From Candidatus Krumholzibacteriales bacterium (GTDB taxonomy: Bacteria > Krumholzibacteriota > Krumholzibacteriia > Krumholzibacteriales > WJIX01): a stretch of 64,000 nucleotides of DNA. Of the stretch, positions 47,301 to 57,000 are shown piece by piece. The stretch is from positions 691 to 64,690 of the forward strand of contig JAWODM010000021.1 of the NCBI GenBank assembly GCA_046483305.1, in the 5' to 3' direction. Under the pieces are notes generated by a model. That model was not told where the DNA came from. It searched no databases and was given only the letters and a program-made list of their open reading frames with translations. Position 1 is the stretch's first letter. Each line of letters starts with the position of its first letter. Made by a program: the position numbers and the translations under genes.

Positions 47301-47496
47301 ATCTGTCAAAGAAATAGATACCGCCGGAGTCCATTCCCATCAATCTTATGAGAGCTGAAAGGTATTCGCCGGCGAGGGTGCCGATATCCTTCCTGGTTCC
47401 CTCCAGGCTCTTCTCGATAGAATGCTGTACCTGTTTAAAATCGTTCTTTGAGAACGATCCCCTCTCTTTTCCGCCTGCCCTGTTTTTTCCGGACAT
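44308..47496 (-). CDS. Cytoplasmic sensor histidine kinase (GAF + five PAS + HisKA + HATPase)
   Basis: GAF (EGLRSLAALPV); five PAS starts; AGMAHEINNPL, NVIKNA, DNGHG and GMGLGL. Confidence 0.93.
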   Translation of the reverse strand: MSGKNRAGGKERGSFSKNDFKQVQHSIEKSLEGTRKDIGTLAGEYLSALIRLMGMDSGGIYFFDRYSGDMTLICYSGLSDTFIEDTGYYGAGSRRVDKIMRGAPLFFNSREIDRALSEIQQEEGLRSLAALPVRAGGEIIACINIASHSEDEISDRFKSNYEGIRSGIDRTMERIWNRWNLLRSERKYRAVFDNIFQFTALIAPDGRVIEINRATRDFVDRDVEEVVGNRISESIVWKLTEGLPSRIREAMEKAAEGESVRFESEIQNDRGEVHYVDLTLRPVVNDSGEVELIICEGRDITEHVKLTKALHESEENYRTIFDSVGDAIFIHEISTGRVIDVNDKMIEMYGYSSKDEVIGKTLDQFSSGQYPYCSEFIENKLGQFDSVLPTSLQWHARRKDGSLFWVEVHIKAVKLLGEDRILAVVRDITERKRVEEELRRSEQRYRNIVENSHEAIMIIDDNFKLIFVNSRVIELLGYERNQILGHDFREFLDDESVGIVTDRYRRRRLGEEVPRRYEFNIVNSSGEARRVEISASLIEMDGRELSMALILDITERQRAEKKYRTLFESSKDAIMIMRPGDLKFVEVNPAALELFEIDRREEFCSLTPADISPEVQPGGSGSADMAREMVDIASREGSHFFEWVHQSRNGRELYCTVFLVRIEIGGQEYLQATIRDISKNKEAEKELEGLKDYLRDIFNSMPSVLIGIRENGEVTQWNEEAERVTGFKAEEATGRNLVKLYPALSEKLGLVKEAISSGTPRKDMKVARHINGETRYKDVMVFPVSHRGTLEAIIREDDVTDKVLFEEMIVQSEKMLSLGGFAAGMAHEINNPLAVIIQNASVISNRLTADMPANRETARQLGIDFSALREYMNRREIPEMTETIIDFGKRAAGVVRSMLSFSRKGETERTAVDINDMIGDALKLAGRDMSLDFNSIRLETDYQSGLPKILCEKNKMVQALLNVIKNAAEAMKIEKSRESRLYIGTSMLDGRVCVRVRDNGHGIDDDTIQHVFEPFYTTKREEGMGLGLSIAYFIITESYGGTINVKSREGEWTEFVITVPAE

Positions 47497-47527
47497 ACAG
47501 CAACACCACCCGCTCTGAAGAAATCTT

Positions 47528-48643
47528 TCAGCCGGAACTTCCCGATTTCAGCCTATTTCCGTATTCTCTGCTCCAGATATCTATCATGGAAAGGAAGAAT
47601 GCCGCTATCACAGGTCCCGCTATGAATCCCGCTACCCCGAAGACTGAGATACCTCCCAGTGTTGAAAAGAATATTATAAGGTCGTGCATTCTTGATTCCC
47701 GGCCGACCAATCTCGGCCTGAGGATATTGTCAACCATCGATATCAGAAGAACCGAAATAAGAATTATAACCACCCCCTGCCAGATATCTCCGGCAATCAG
47801 CTTTATTAATCCGGCAGGCAGCATAACCACCCAGGCGCCCACGAAAGGGATTATTGACAGCACCGTCATGATCACTCCGAACAGAAGCCAGGATTTGAAT
47901 CCAAACAGCATCAGAACCACCGCCCCGCTGAAGCCCTGAATCAGTCCTATCCCCGCGGTACCCCTGACCGTTGCCCTTGATATCTCTACGAAGCGTTCAT
48001 AGATCATTTTCTCGTATTCATCCTTCAGAGGAGAAAGGTGCCTGATCTTATGGAGGAATTCTTTTCCGTCCCGGAATAGATAGAACATTGTAAACAGTAC
48101 TACGAACAGGCTGGTAACCAGGTCAAAAAGGGATCTGGAAGTGGTATTTACCACCGAGGCAACCACCGAGCCGGTTTTTCCGGCCACATCCCTGGCAACC
48201 TTCTGCCAGTTGACGCTGCCCAGGTCCAGCCACTGGTAGATTCTCAGGTTCTGTATTTTCCCGATCAGTCCGGTATCCCCCTTTTCTAAAAGATCGGAAA
48301 GCCAGGGGGCAGCGTTCTGATACAGATCCACCGCCTGCCTGGCAACTTCGGCTACTACAAGGGATAAGGGGAGAAAGACACAGAGCATCAGAAGCAGACA
48401 GGTCAATATTGAAGCGGCACCTCTTCTGCCCCGCATGGCACGGACAATCCGTCCGTAAAGCGGATAGAACAGGGTTACAAAAGTGGCAGCTATGACAATA
48501 GATACCAGGAATGTCCTTATAATACTGATGAACAGGGCCAATGAGAGCAGAAGCAGCAATATAAGAGCGTATCTGCTGGCTTTCCGTATCTCCTGGTTCG
48601 TTATTTTCGAACTGTTATCTTCTTCAGCGCTGATCCGGCTCAC
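47528..48643 (-). CDS. AI-2E family transporter
   Basis: FTMFYLFRDG, SIIPFVGA, DNILRPRLVG and GFIAGP motifs. Confidence 0.9.
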   Translation of the reverse strand: MSRISAEEDNSSKITNQEIRKASRYALILLLLLSLALFISIIRTFLVSIVIAATFVTLFYPLYGRIVRAMRGRRGAASILTCLLLMLCVFLPLSLVVAEVARQAVDLYQNAAPWLSDLLEKGDTGLIGKIQNLRIYQWLDLGSVNWQKVARDVAGKTGSVVASVVNTTSRSLFDLVTSLFVVLFTMFYLFRDGKEFLHKIRHLSPLKDEYEKMIYERFVEISRATVRGTAGIGLIQGFSGAVVLMLFGFKSWLLFGVIMTVLSIIPFVGAWVVMLPAGLIKLIAGDIWQGVVIILISVLLISMVDNILRPRLVGRESRMHDLIIFFSTLGGISVFGVAGFIAGPVIAAFFLSMIDIWSREYGNRLKSGSSG

Positions 48644-48669
48644 CCCCTCTTCCGCGAATTGCCATGCCC

Positions 48670-50805
48670 CTATCTGAAGGTAAAAGGAGCATAGTTGGCC
48701 AGAAATTTCTTGCTTCCATGTTCATGGAAAGCGACCACCACCTTCATGTTTTTCCCGCTGCCCTCTACCATCCTTATAACTCCGTCACCGTATGCGGGAT
48801 GGCTGACCGCCGCACCTTTTCTGAATTTACGGTCGCTTCTTTGGATTACCGGTTCCGAAAAAGTTTCTCCGGCCGCCGGAGTTTCCCTCTGTGCCCCCAC
48901 CCGATTCAGGCAGGAATCCGGAATTTCACTGAGAAACCGGGAAGGGATATTACTCTGCCAGATTCCGAATCTCATCCTGTTTGCCGCCGAGAAGAGAAAC
49001 AGCAGCTCCTTCGCCCTGGTCATCCCCACGTACAGGAGTCTTCTTTCCTCCTCAAGCTCGGGGTCGCTCTCGAAACTGGAGTAATGAGGCAGCAACCCCT
49101 CCTCCAGGCCGGTTATCATGACCGCCCGGTATTCCAGTCCCTTGGAATTATGAAGAGTCATCAGGGCCACGCTCTCGTCTTCGCTCAGGCGGTCCACATC
49201 GCTGATCAGAGCGATTTCCTCAAGGAACGCTGAAAGGGATCCGTCTTCGGAACCCGATACGAATCTGCTGGTTTCGTTCATCAGCTCTTCCACATTCTCC
49301 AGCCGGTCCTGGGCAGTCTTTTCATCCTTGAGAAGATACTCCTGGTAACCGGTTCTGTCCACCACTTCTGTTAAGACCCTGTAGGCGTCATTAATTCCGG
49401 CGCTCAGCTCCAGCTTCGCCATCATCTCCGAGAACTGTTCCAGCCTCTTCCTCTGGGAAGAATTGAAATGAGCGAGAATCTCCCTATCCCTGATAGCATG
49501 CAGGGGGGAACCGTCGCCGGCAAGCTCCATCAGCTTATCCACAGTTACTTTGCCGATTCCCCTGCGGGGCACGCTGATTACGCGTTGAAAATTCACCCTG
49601 TCCCTGGGATTATTGATCAGTTTGAGGTAACCGAGAAGATCCTTGATCTCTCTGCGCTCGTAGAATCTTACCCCGCCGATTATCTGATATGGCAACCCTC
49701 CCCGGTTGAAAGCCTTCTCCAGAGCTCTGGACTGGGCGTGGGTGCGGTAGAGGACCGCTATTTCGCTTCTGTTGTATCCGTTACGAAGCATAGAAATAAT
49801 GCTTTCTCTTACCGCGGCAGCTTCCTCTCCGTCATCGCCGGCGTAGTAAACCTGAACCGGCTTGCCCTTTCCTTTCCTGGACCAGAGGGTCTTGCCCTTC
49901 CTGGAACGATTGTTGGCGATAAGCCGGTTAGCGGCCTCCAGGATCAGATTGGTGGACCTGTAATTCTCTTCCAGCCTGATTACTCTCGTGTCGGAATAGA
50001 CTTCGTCAAACTGAAGAATATTCTCCACTGTGGCTCCCCTCCATGCGTAGATCGCCTGGTCGTCGTCCCCCACCACGAACAGGTTTCCAGATTCGGAAGC
50101 GAGCTGATCAATCATTACCATCTGTATGGTATTGGTGTCCTGAAATTCGTCCACCAGGACATGCTCAAACTGCCTGGAGTACCTTTCTCTGATTTTTGGC
50201 CTGGCGGTAAACAATTCTACCGTCCTGGTAATCAGATCGTCAAAGTCGAAGGCGTTGCACTTTTTAAGCCTGGAAGTATAGATCCGGTATATCTCCGCAA
50301 TCTGTTCCTCCATGAAATTGTAAGCGTTCTCCAGAGCTTCTGCCGGCGTAACCAGCTTGTTCTTCCATCTGCTGATCCTGTTTCTTATCGAATAGGCCGG
50401 ATATTCGTTCAGATTCCAATTCCTGCTCTTGATAATCTCCTTAATCAGCCTCATGGAATCATCCTCGTCATATATGGCGAAGTTATTGTTGAAGCCTATG
50501 TGCCGGGCTTCACGCCTCAGGATCCTCAACCCGGTAGCGTGGAATGTACCTATCCAGAGGTGCAGGCCGGGAGCGTTGAGCGCGGCCTGTACCCTCTCCT
50601 TCATCTCTCCGGCAGCCTTGTTTGTAAACGTAAAGGCCAGGATTCTCTGCGGAGATATCTTTTTCTCCCTGATAAGGTACACTATCCGCTCAGTGAGAAC
50701 CCTGGTTTTGCCGCTTCCGGCTCCGGCGAGAATGAGAATATGGCCCTCACCTTCCAGAACCGCTCTCTTCTGCTGTTCATTAAGTTGCTTCAAATGAACC
50801 ACCAT
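48670..50805 (-). CDS. pcrA: ATP-dependent DNA helicase PcrA/UvrD
   Basis: AGAGSGKT, FTNKAA, VDEFQDTN, GDDDQAIY, YRST, MTLHNSKGLEY, EEERRLLYVGMTRA and C-terminal Tudor. Confidence 0.95.
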   Translation of the reverse strand: MVVHLKQLNEQQKRAVLEGEGHILILAGAGSGKTRVLTERIVYLIREKKISPQRILAFTFTNKAAGEMKERVQAALNAPGLHLWIGTFHATGLRILRREARHIGFNNNFAIYDEDDSMRLIKEIIKSRNWNLNEYPAYSIRNRISRWKNKLVTPAEALENAYNFMEEQIAEIYRIYTSRLKKCNAFDFDDLITRTVELFTARPKIRERYSRQFEHVLVDEFQDTNTIQMVMIDQLASESGNLFVVGDDDQAIYAWRGATVENILQFDEVYSDTRVIRLEENYRSTNLILEAANRLIANNRSRKGKTLWSRKGKGKPVQVYYAGDDGEEAAAVRESIISMLRNGYNRSEIAVLYRTHAQSRALEKAFNRGGLPYQIIGGVRFYERREIKDLLGYLKLINNPRDRVNFQRVISVPRRGIGKVTVDKLMELAGDGSPLHAIRDREILAHFNSSQRKRLEQFSEMMAKLELSAGINDAYRVLTEVVDRTGYQEYLLKDEKTAQDRLENVEELMNETSRFVSGSEDGSLSAFLEEIALISDVDRLSEDESVALMTLHNSKGLEYRAVMITGLEEGLLPHYSSFESDPELEEERRLLYVGMTRAKELLFLFSAANRMRFGIWQSNIPSRFLSEIPDSCLNRVGAQRETPAAGETFSEPVIQRSDRKFRKGAAVSHPAYGDGVIRMVEGSGKNMKVVVAFHEHGSKKFLANYAPFTFR

Positions 50806-50826
50806 TTCTTTTACGAGGTACAGTTT

Positions 50827-53800
50827 TCAGAATTGCGGGCCGAGATAGAAATGAAACTCCGGCTTCGCGGTATCTTCAAAATCTGTCGGCCAGGCCAGCT
50901 GAAAATTAAAGATGAGGAAACCCATCCTCATATAGAACCCCACTCCAAAATCGCTGTAGAATTTCAGGTCGTTTATCTCCACGGGGTCTATTGATGCGGG
51001 AAGCCTCTCCACGTATATTTCGTCTCCCCAGACCGAACCGGTATCAAAAAAGAGGGTGCCCCCGATGTTGTAAATACCCCATCGCCCCGGCCACCCGAAA
51101 ATCAGGGCATCCAGCAGAGGATACCTGTATTCCAGGTTGAAAAGCATCATCCTGGTACCCTGAAACTGCAGGTAATCGTAACCCCTCATGGTAACCGGCC
51201 CTCCCAGGAAGAAGTATCTGGAATCCTCTCCCGTACTGACACTCCCTACCGCCCTGAAAGCGAGATAATTCCGGTAGAAGACCGGTATGTACCTGCGGTA
51301 GTCGTAGAACGCTATAGCGCGGCTGATGTCGTCAGAGGAAAGGCTTATCGACCTGGAGAAACTCAACATCCACCTGGAACCTATCACCGGGCCGAAATTG
51401 CCGTAATAGGCGGAGTCGTGGACCAGTGATATGGTAGGCTGTATCAGCCTCCTGGTGACCTTTTCGCCGGTTGGCGCATACCAGTAACTTCCCACAGTAT
51501 CAAAAAATTCACGTTCCAGTACGTATCCCTGGGTCTCCAGCTCCACCCTGGTAAAAGTAGAGAACGGATAACTTATCTTGGAGAATATCCCGTAGTTTCT
51601 CTCGGTGAACAGCCTGTAATCGAGAAAGGACTCTCCCAGCGAGGTGACCCTGGAATTGATATAATTCTTGAGATGAAATATTCCGAACGAATAATCTATT
51701 CTTCTCTTTAGGTAGTAATAAGAGAGAAGTATATCACTGTCTTCAATGGACCTGTGGATATTGAACGAGAGGTGCATACGATGGTCTCCGAGAAGGTCGC
51801 TGAAAGCGATCGAATTCATGAAACCGAAGCCGTAACCGGTTGAATAGAACACCCCCATCCCGTTGCTGACATAATCCGGAGAAAATTTGGTCTTATAGTC
51901 TTCGACGGTTCCAATCTTTTCCTTCATCCTTTCCCGCCGGGCTGTTACCGTATCCGGATCAACGTTCTCCTGGGAATCCTCATCTATGACCACTTCCGGG
52001 AATTTTTCCTCTCCGCCAGACTGCGCCAGTTTATCCCGTTTGCCGGCTGAAGCGTAATCCTGTGATAACGGATCCGCCCCGGCAAGAGAATCCGGCTCTG
52101 AACCGGCCGGTATTTTCTCATCTGCCTCTATCAGCTTGTCCCGGTCATTCGGAGCAGGTGGAGCCTGGTCATCAGTACCGGAGGCAAACTTGCCGGAGGG
52201 ATAAGAAACATCCGAATCCTCAGAGAATTTATCCATGATGAATATATCGTATCCGGCTGAATTGAAGGCGGTAAAGAGCAGTCTGTCCTTTTCGGGGCTG
52301 TAGGCGGGCGAAAAAAGACCTCCTATAACATCGGTGAACCGGTAATAACTTCCGAATTCAACACTCCCCCGATAGAGATTGAAAATTCCACTTTCGTTGG
52401 AGCAGAATATTATTTCCCTGCCTCCCATAATTATCAGAGGGGAGAGGTCATCGCCATCTGTCGATATTATCAGCTCCTTCTCTCCTGATGCTATGTCCAC
52501 CGACCAGATATCGCCGAAGGAACCATCCTTGCCGATATCTCTGGAGAAGTACTCCGAATCGATCCTGCCCCCCTCGCCGGTTTCCGGATTATTTACTATT
52601 CTGGACGACCTGGAGTAAACAAGTTTCTTGCCGGAGGGGAACCATGAGACATCCTTCTCATCCTCCACGTCGTCGGTTACCTGCACCATATCCCTGGAAT
52701 CGATTTTCAGTATATAGATATCGGTCTGCCCATTCCTTACACCGGAAAAAGCGATACTCCCGCCGTCCGGCGAATAAGAAGGGCTGAAAAAGAAATCCAG
52801 GGGAAAGTCTATCTCCTCAATGATTTCACCGCGCGGGATATCTACTATGAACATCTTATTAACACCGCTGGATTTGGCCACGAAGGCCAGCCGGTCCCCG
52901 GCCGGATTTACCGCCAGATTCGATTTCATGCTCCGCAGTATTTCAAACTTGTCCGATATATTGCCCTCTATCAGCTGCTTTTCCACCTCGCCGTTAACAA
53001 CGTTCATCAGGTAGATGCCGTCAAGGCCTCCCCTTCTGGAATAAAAAACCATACTCTCGCCGCCGAAGGCGAATTCAGGCTTGGAATTACTGTAATGGTG
53101 CTCCTCCATATGGTCGGTGAGCCTTCTTCCCACTTTTTCGGGAGCATCCTTGTCGGCATACATTGGCCAGTACCTTCTTCGCAGGTATTTACTCCATTCT
53201 TCGGTAAGCTCGGAGGTTGAAAATCCTATGGTTTCCCTCAAAGCCGTGTCAATGGAACGGGTTTCTTTCAGTCTCCTCATGATGTCGACTACTTTCCGCT
53301 GACCGTAGGTTTTAACTATATAATCGATCACAGACTGCCCGGCCTTGTAAACCATATAACCGCCGGCATAATCCAGGTTGCCCGGGATATAATTGAAGAT
53401 TGTGGCATCACGCATGAACATATCCGCTTCATCGTCGAACCCCTTGGAGTAATATTCCGAGCAGCCTTCCGCCAGCCACAGAGGTATCCTGAAGAGAAGA
53501 CTCCTGGAAAAGACCGACCGAAGCAGATTTCCGTAGATAATATCGAACTCGAAGATGTGTATCAGCTCATGCACGGCGGTGTTTCTGTAATCGGTGTTGT
53601 CGCCGCTGAAATGCAGGACGACCCTCCGCCTGTTCGGTTCGGCGAATGCCTGAACACCTTCCGGAATGAAACTCCAGGTAGTGTTGGTCTGTTGAAAGGC
53701 TGAATGGCTTCCGTACACTATTACAGGTATCCGCCATCTGATATTGTGCATGAAACTGGATGAAACATCCCTGTATCCGTCTTCAAGTATTACTCCCGTG

Positions 53801-54003
53801 CGCGCGGCAAGGTCTCTGTACCCGTCGCTGAAATGTATATCGAAATGCGGGGTGTGGAGAATATTCCATTCAAACTGGTCATACTGGACCTTGTTCTTGC
53901 CGAATATCCAGGCCTGCGATCTGACAGGCGCCGTCCAAACCGGCAGAAGAAGGATTACCAGGATAAAAACTGCTGATACCGCTTTCCGCTTCATTTGATC
54001 CAA
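50827..54003 (-). CDS. Peptidase-MA + PD40/TolB-like propeller + Omp85 barrel outer-membrane protein
   Basis: FGKNKVQY, HELIH..WLAEG, PSYSPDG repeats, MRGY motif and C-terminal F; start may be ATG 53994. Confidence 0.85.
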   Translation of the reverse strand: MDQMKRKAVSAVFILVILLLPVWTAPVRSQAWIFGKNKVQYDQFEWNILHTPHFDIHFSDGYRDLAARTGVILEDGYRDVSSSFMHNIRWRIPVIVYGSHSAFQQTNTTWSFIPEGVQAFAEPNRRRVVLHFSGDNTDYRNTAVHELIHIFEFDIIYGNLLRSVFSRSLLFRIPLWLAEGCSEYYSKGFDDEADMFMRDATIFNYIPGNLDYAGGYMVYKAGQSVIDYIVKTYGQRKVVDIMRRLKETRSIDTALRETIGFSTSELTEEWSKYLRRRYWPMYADKDAPEKVGRRLTDHMEEHHYSNSKPEFAFGGESMVFYSRRGGLDGIYLMNVVNGEVEKQLIEGNISDKFEILRSMKSNLAVNPAGDRLAFVAKSSGVNKMFIVDIPRGEIIEEIDFPLDFFFSPSYSPDGGSIAFSGVRNGQTDIYILKIDSRDMVQVTDDVEDEKDVSWFPSGKKLVYSRSSRIVNNPETGEGGRIDSEYFSRDIGKDGSFGDIWSVDIASGEKELIISTDGDDLSPLIIMGGREIIFCSNESGIFNLYRGSVEFGSYYRFTDVIGGLFSPAYSPEKDRLLFTAFNSAGYDIFIMDKFSEDSDVSYPSGKFASGTDDQAPPAPNDRDKLIEADEKIPAGSEPDSLAGADPLSQDYASAGKRDKLAQSGGEEKFPEVVIDEDSQENVDPDTVTARRERMKEKIGTVEDYKTKFSPDYVSNGMGVFYSTGYGFGFMNSIAFSDLLGDHRMHLSFNIHRSIEDSDILLSYYYLKRRIDYSFGIFHLKNYINSRVTSLGESFLDYRLFTERNYGIFSKISYPFSTFTRVELETQGYVLEREFFDTVGSYWYAPTGEKVTRRLIQPTISLVHDSAYYGNFGPVIGSRWMLSFSRSISLSSDDISRAIAFYDYRRYIPVFYRNYLAFRAVGSVSTGEDSRYFFLGGPVTMRGYDYLQFQGTRMMLFNLEYRYPLLDALIFGWPGRWGIYNIGGTLFFDTGSVWGDEIYVERLPASIDPVEINDLKFYSDFGVGFYMRMGFLIFNFQLAWPTDFEDTAKPEFHFYLGPQF

Positions 54004-54045
54004 TCCTTTACTTAGTATCTACAATAGAATATTAATAATAATTTA

Positions 54046-57000
54046 TCAGAATTCCCACCTGATTTTGACATCCACGTTAATTTCGTCCCCGCTGCGCATA
54101 CTTTCTCCGGGTAGCAGTTCCTGCGAATATTTAATCAGTTCGGTCCTGATGAGGAACAGGTCGCTTATTCTGTATTCCACCTCTACCTCTGCCTCAGTGG
54201 CAACAGACAGCCCCTGTTTCCACTGAACGTAAAGGCCCTCCGAAAGGTATTTCCCGATGGCGAGCATGGTGGCCTTTTCCCCGCCGAATGCTCCGGACTG
54301 CCTGGCGTTGCCGTGCTCCAGTGAAACGGTGAATCCTTCCATCTGAGAATTAAGAACCCTTTCCAGGTAGTTAGCGGCGAGATTCTGAGCGGTTCCCATT
54401 GCATCCCACTCGCTTTCACTTCCATTCGGTGATCTGACGATTCCACCCCCCAGCATTTTCCAGATATCGGTCTCGCTGTATCCGCTCTCTTCGTGACGAA
54501 GGCTGAGCCTGGGCTGCGGATCGCTCTCGTCCCATACCAGGGTCAGGTATATTCTCTTTCCTTCCTGGTCGTAGGTCACCGCTTCTATATCGATAAGAGG
54601 CCTTTTGCCCCCCGCATGGGAGAAAATCAGACTCCCCGACTGTATATGAAACTTATTATTATATAAATTATACCAGCCTCTGTAGAGCAGCAGTTCTCCC
54701 CTGAGGTAGGTGCCCATCTCATTATGATGCAGGGTCACCTCCCCGGTAAACTCTATATTCGCGTCAGGTGTCTTGATCCTGGTATTTCCCTTCATATCCA
54801 GATCCAGTTCCGCCATCCAGCCAGGTTTGATCACTCCTTCACCGCCACCCCCGCTTTCCATATCTCCAGGGTTAAAATATATTTCGGCCTCATTAACTTC
54901 GAAGCTCCCACTCAGGAACGGCACGGCCCGTCCCTCTACGGTATCCGTCCCTATATCCAGCTTTCCGGTTACAATTGCCGCTACATCTCTGATACTGGTT
55001 ACCATAACTTTTTCCGTATCCACTGTAAGGTCGTAAACGACCGGTCTCCATCCTCTAAGGGATACCGTACCGGAACCTGAAAACCTGCCCTCCTTACCCT
55101 CCTCCCCGTTCAAATAACGCACCCTTATAAGGGTATCCTCGAAACTGACCCTGGCGTTTACCTTTCTGAATCTTTCCTCCATACCGGCAAGGCGGAAACC
55201 CGCGCCGGTCAGCCGCAGGTCGCCCGAAAGATCCGGAGCAGCCACAGTTCCCCGGACTGTAAACTTAAGGGAGCCTTCACCCTCCGCTCTGGCTACCAGG
55301 TCGCTTATATCGGCAACCCTGCTGAGATCTATCTCGGTTATTTCCAGGTCAAAGTTCATCTCTCTTTCCCGGTCAAGAGAATAGAGCCAGCGGTTCTCCT
55401 TCAGCGGCAGGTTGCCGCTGAAATTGCCCTGCTTTCTTCTGCCTTCAACGTACATCTCACCTTCGAGGGTTATACCGCTGCGGGTAAGATCGGCATGCAG
55501 GTCAACCCGGGGGACTGTCACATGCTGAAACACTATATCGCCGGCCGTTCCATCCAGCCTGATGCGGGGGTGAAGCAGCCCCCCCCCTACCAGTGCTTTT
55601 CCGGTAAAAGTTCCTTCCGCAAAAGGGATCCCGGGGAAATATTCAATAAATGGCTCTACCGACAGGTTCGCGCAGTAGATCTCAAGTGAGGAAGAGGTCT
55701 CTACCAGAGACTCCGTTCCCCAGTGATACAACTCATCCAGAGAGATGTTTTCAATATCTCCGCTGGCAAAGGCGAATCCCGCCGGCGATGAAAGACTGAG
55801 TGTATCCAGCCTGCAGTGATTGCTGGAATAAGCCGCTTTCAGGCCGAACCTTTCCACCGGAATATTATCAATGGACCCGTTCAGAAGGTTTAAGGAGACA
55901 GTCAGATCGGGATCGCTGAGAGAGCCGGAGCTCCTGATAACGCCAGCCGCGCTGCCTTCCACGGGTATGAGAAGAAACTGGTTATGGTTCAGAGCCGACA
56001 TATCGATCCTCTGGAATCTAAGTGATCCGTCGAAATTATTCCGGAACCTATTAAGCTCTCCCTCGAAATACACCGCCCCGATTCTGGAATGCAGCTGCAG
56101 GTCGTTAAATATAACAGCAGAGTCCGTGATGGCGATGGTGAATCCTCCACCGCTCAGCCAGTCTTCATCCAGCATTCTCATGGAAGCTCTATCCAGAACC
56201 AGCTCGCTCTCTTCTTCACCCACCCTGTACTTTCCCCGCATCTCGGCTTCCACATCGGACTTGGCCAGGTTCAGCTTCTTAATATTAACTTCACCTTCGG
56301 CATATTCCAGCGACAGATCTATATCTTTGAACCTGTGTCTGTCTATGAAAGCGGTATCGGCCCGGATATCGACAAAGACACTGTAATCTTCTCTTTTTAC
56401 AACCGCGAACTGCACAGAGCCCTCCGGGATGAAAGCCCTGTTATAATTAAAATTACGGCACTCTCCGCTCAGCCGGAGGTCCCATTCATCCATGGTGCCT
56501 TCCCATAAGCCCTGAACATCAAGATCAGCCCGGTAATCTTCGATATCGAAATAGGCAAACAGGGTATCAGAAGCATCGCACTCTATTTCCAATAGAAGCC
56601 TGAGGGTATCCTGATTTACTATGGAACCGTTAATAGAGACTTCGTGAGTGCTGGATCTTGCCAGCATCTCTTTGATCATCAGGCTGTCGTTCCTGTAATC
56701 GGCGGATATTACCGCATTCCGGAAAGGAATCTCCATGAAATGCCCTGGACCAAGATAGAAATCCAGGTACAGCTCGCTGCTGCCGAAGAGATACCTTACC
56801 TCCGTCCTGCCGTTAAAATCTGTTTCAGGAAGGTCCGCCCCCGGATAAAACTGATTGGAGAGGTCCATCCCCCTGTTCTGGAATGAAAGTTTCAGGGTCT
56901 GCCTGCCCGTAACATAAACACCCTCTCCGTCAACCGACGCGCCGTTCAGTTTTCCCCTGAAAGCCTTTATATCCACATTCCGGGCTATCAGAAGATCTGC

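Noticed and set aside
49468-50994. 508-aa plus-strand ORF
   Set aside because: Antisense shadow of pcrA; no recognisable motifs
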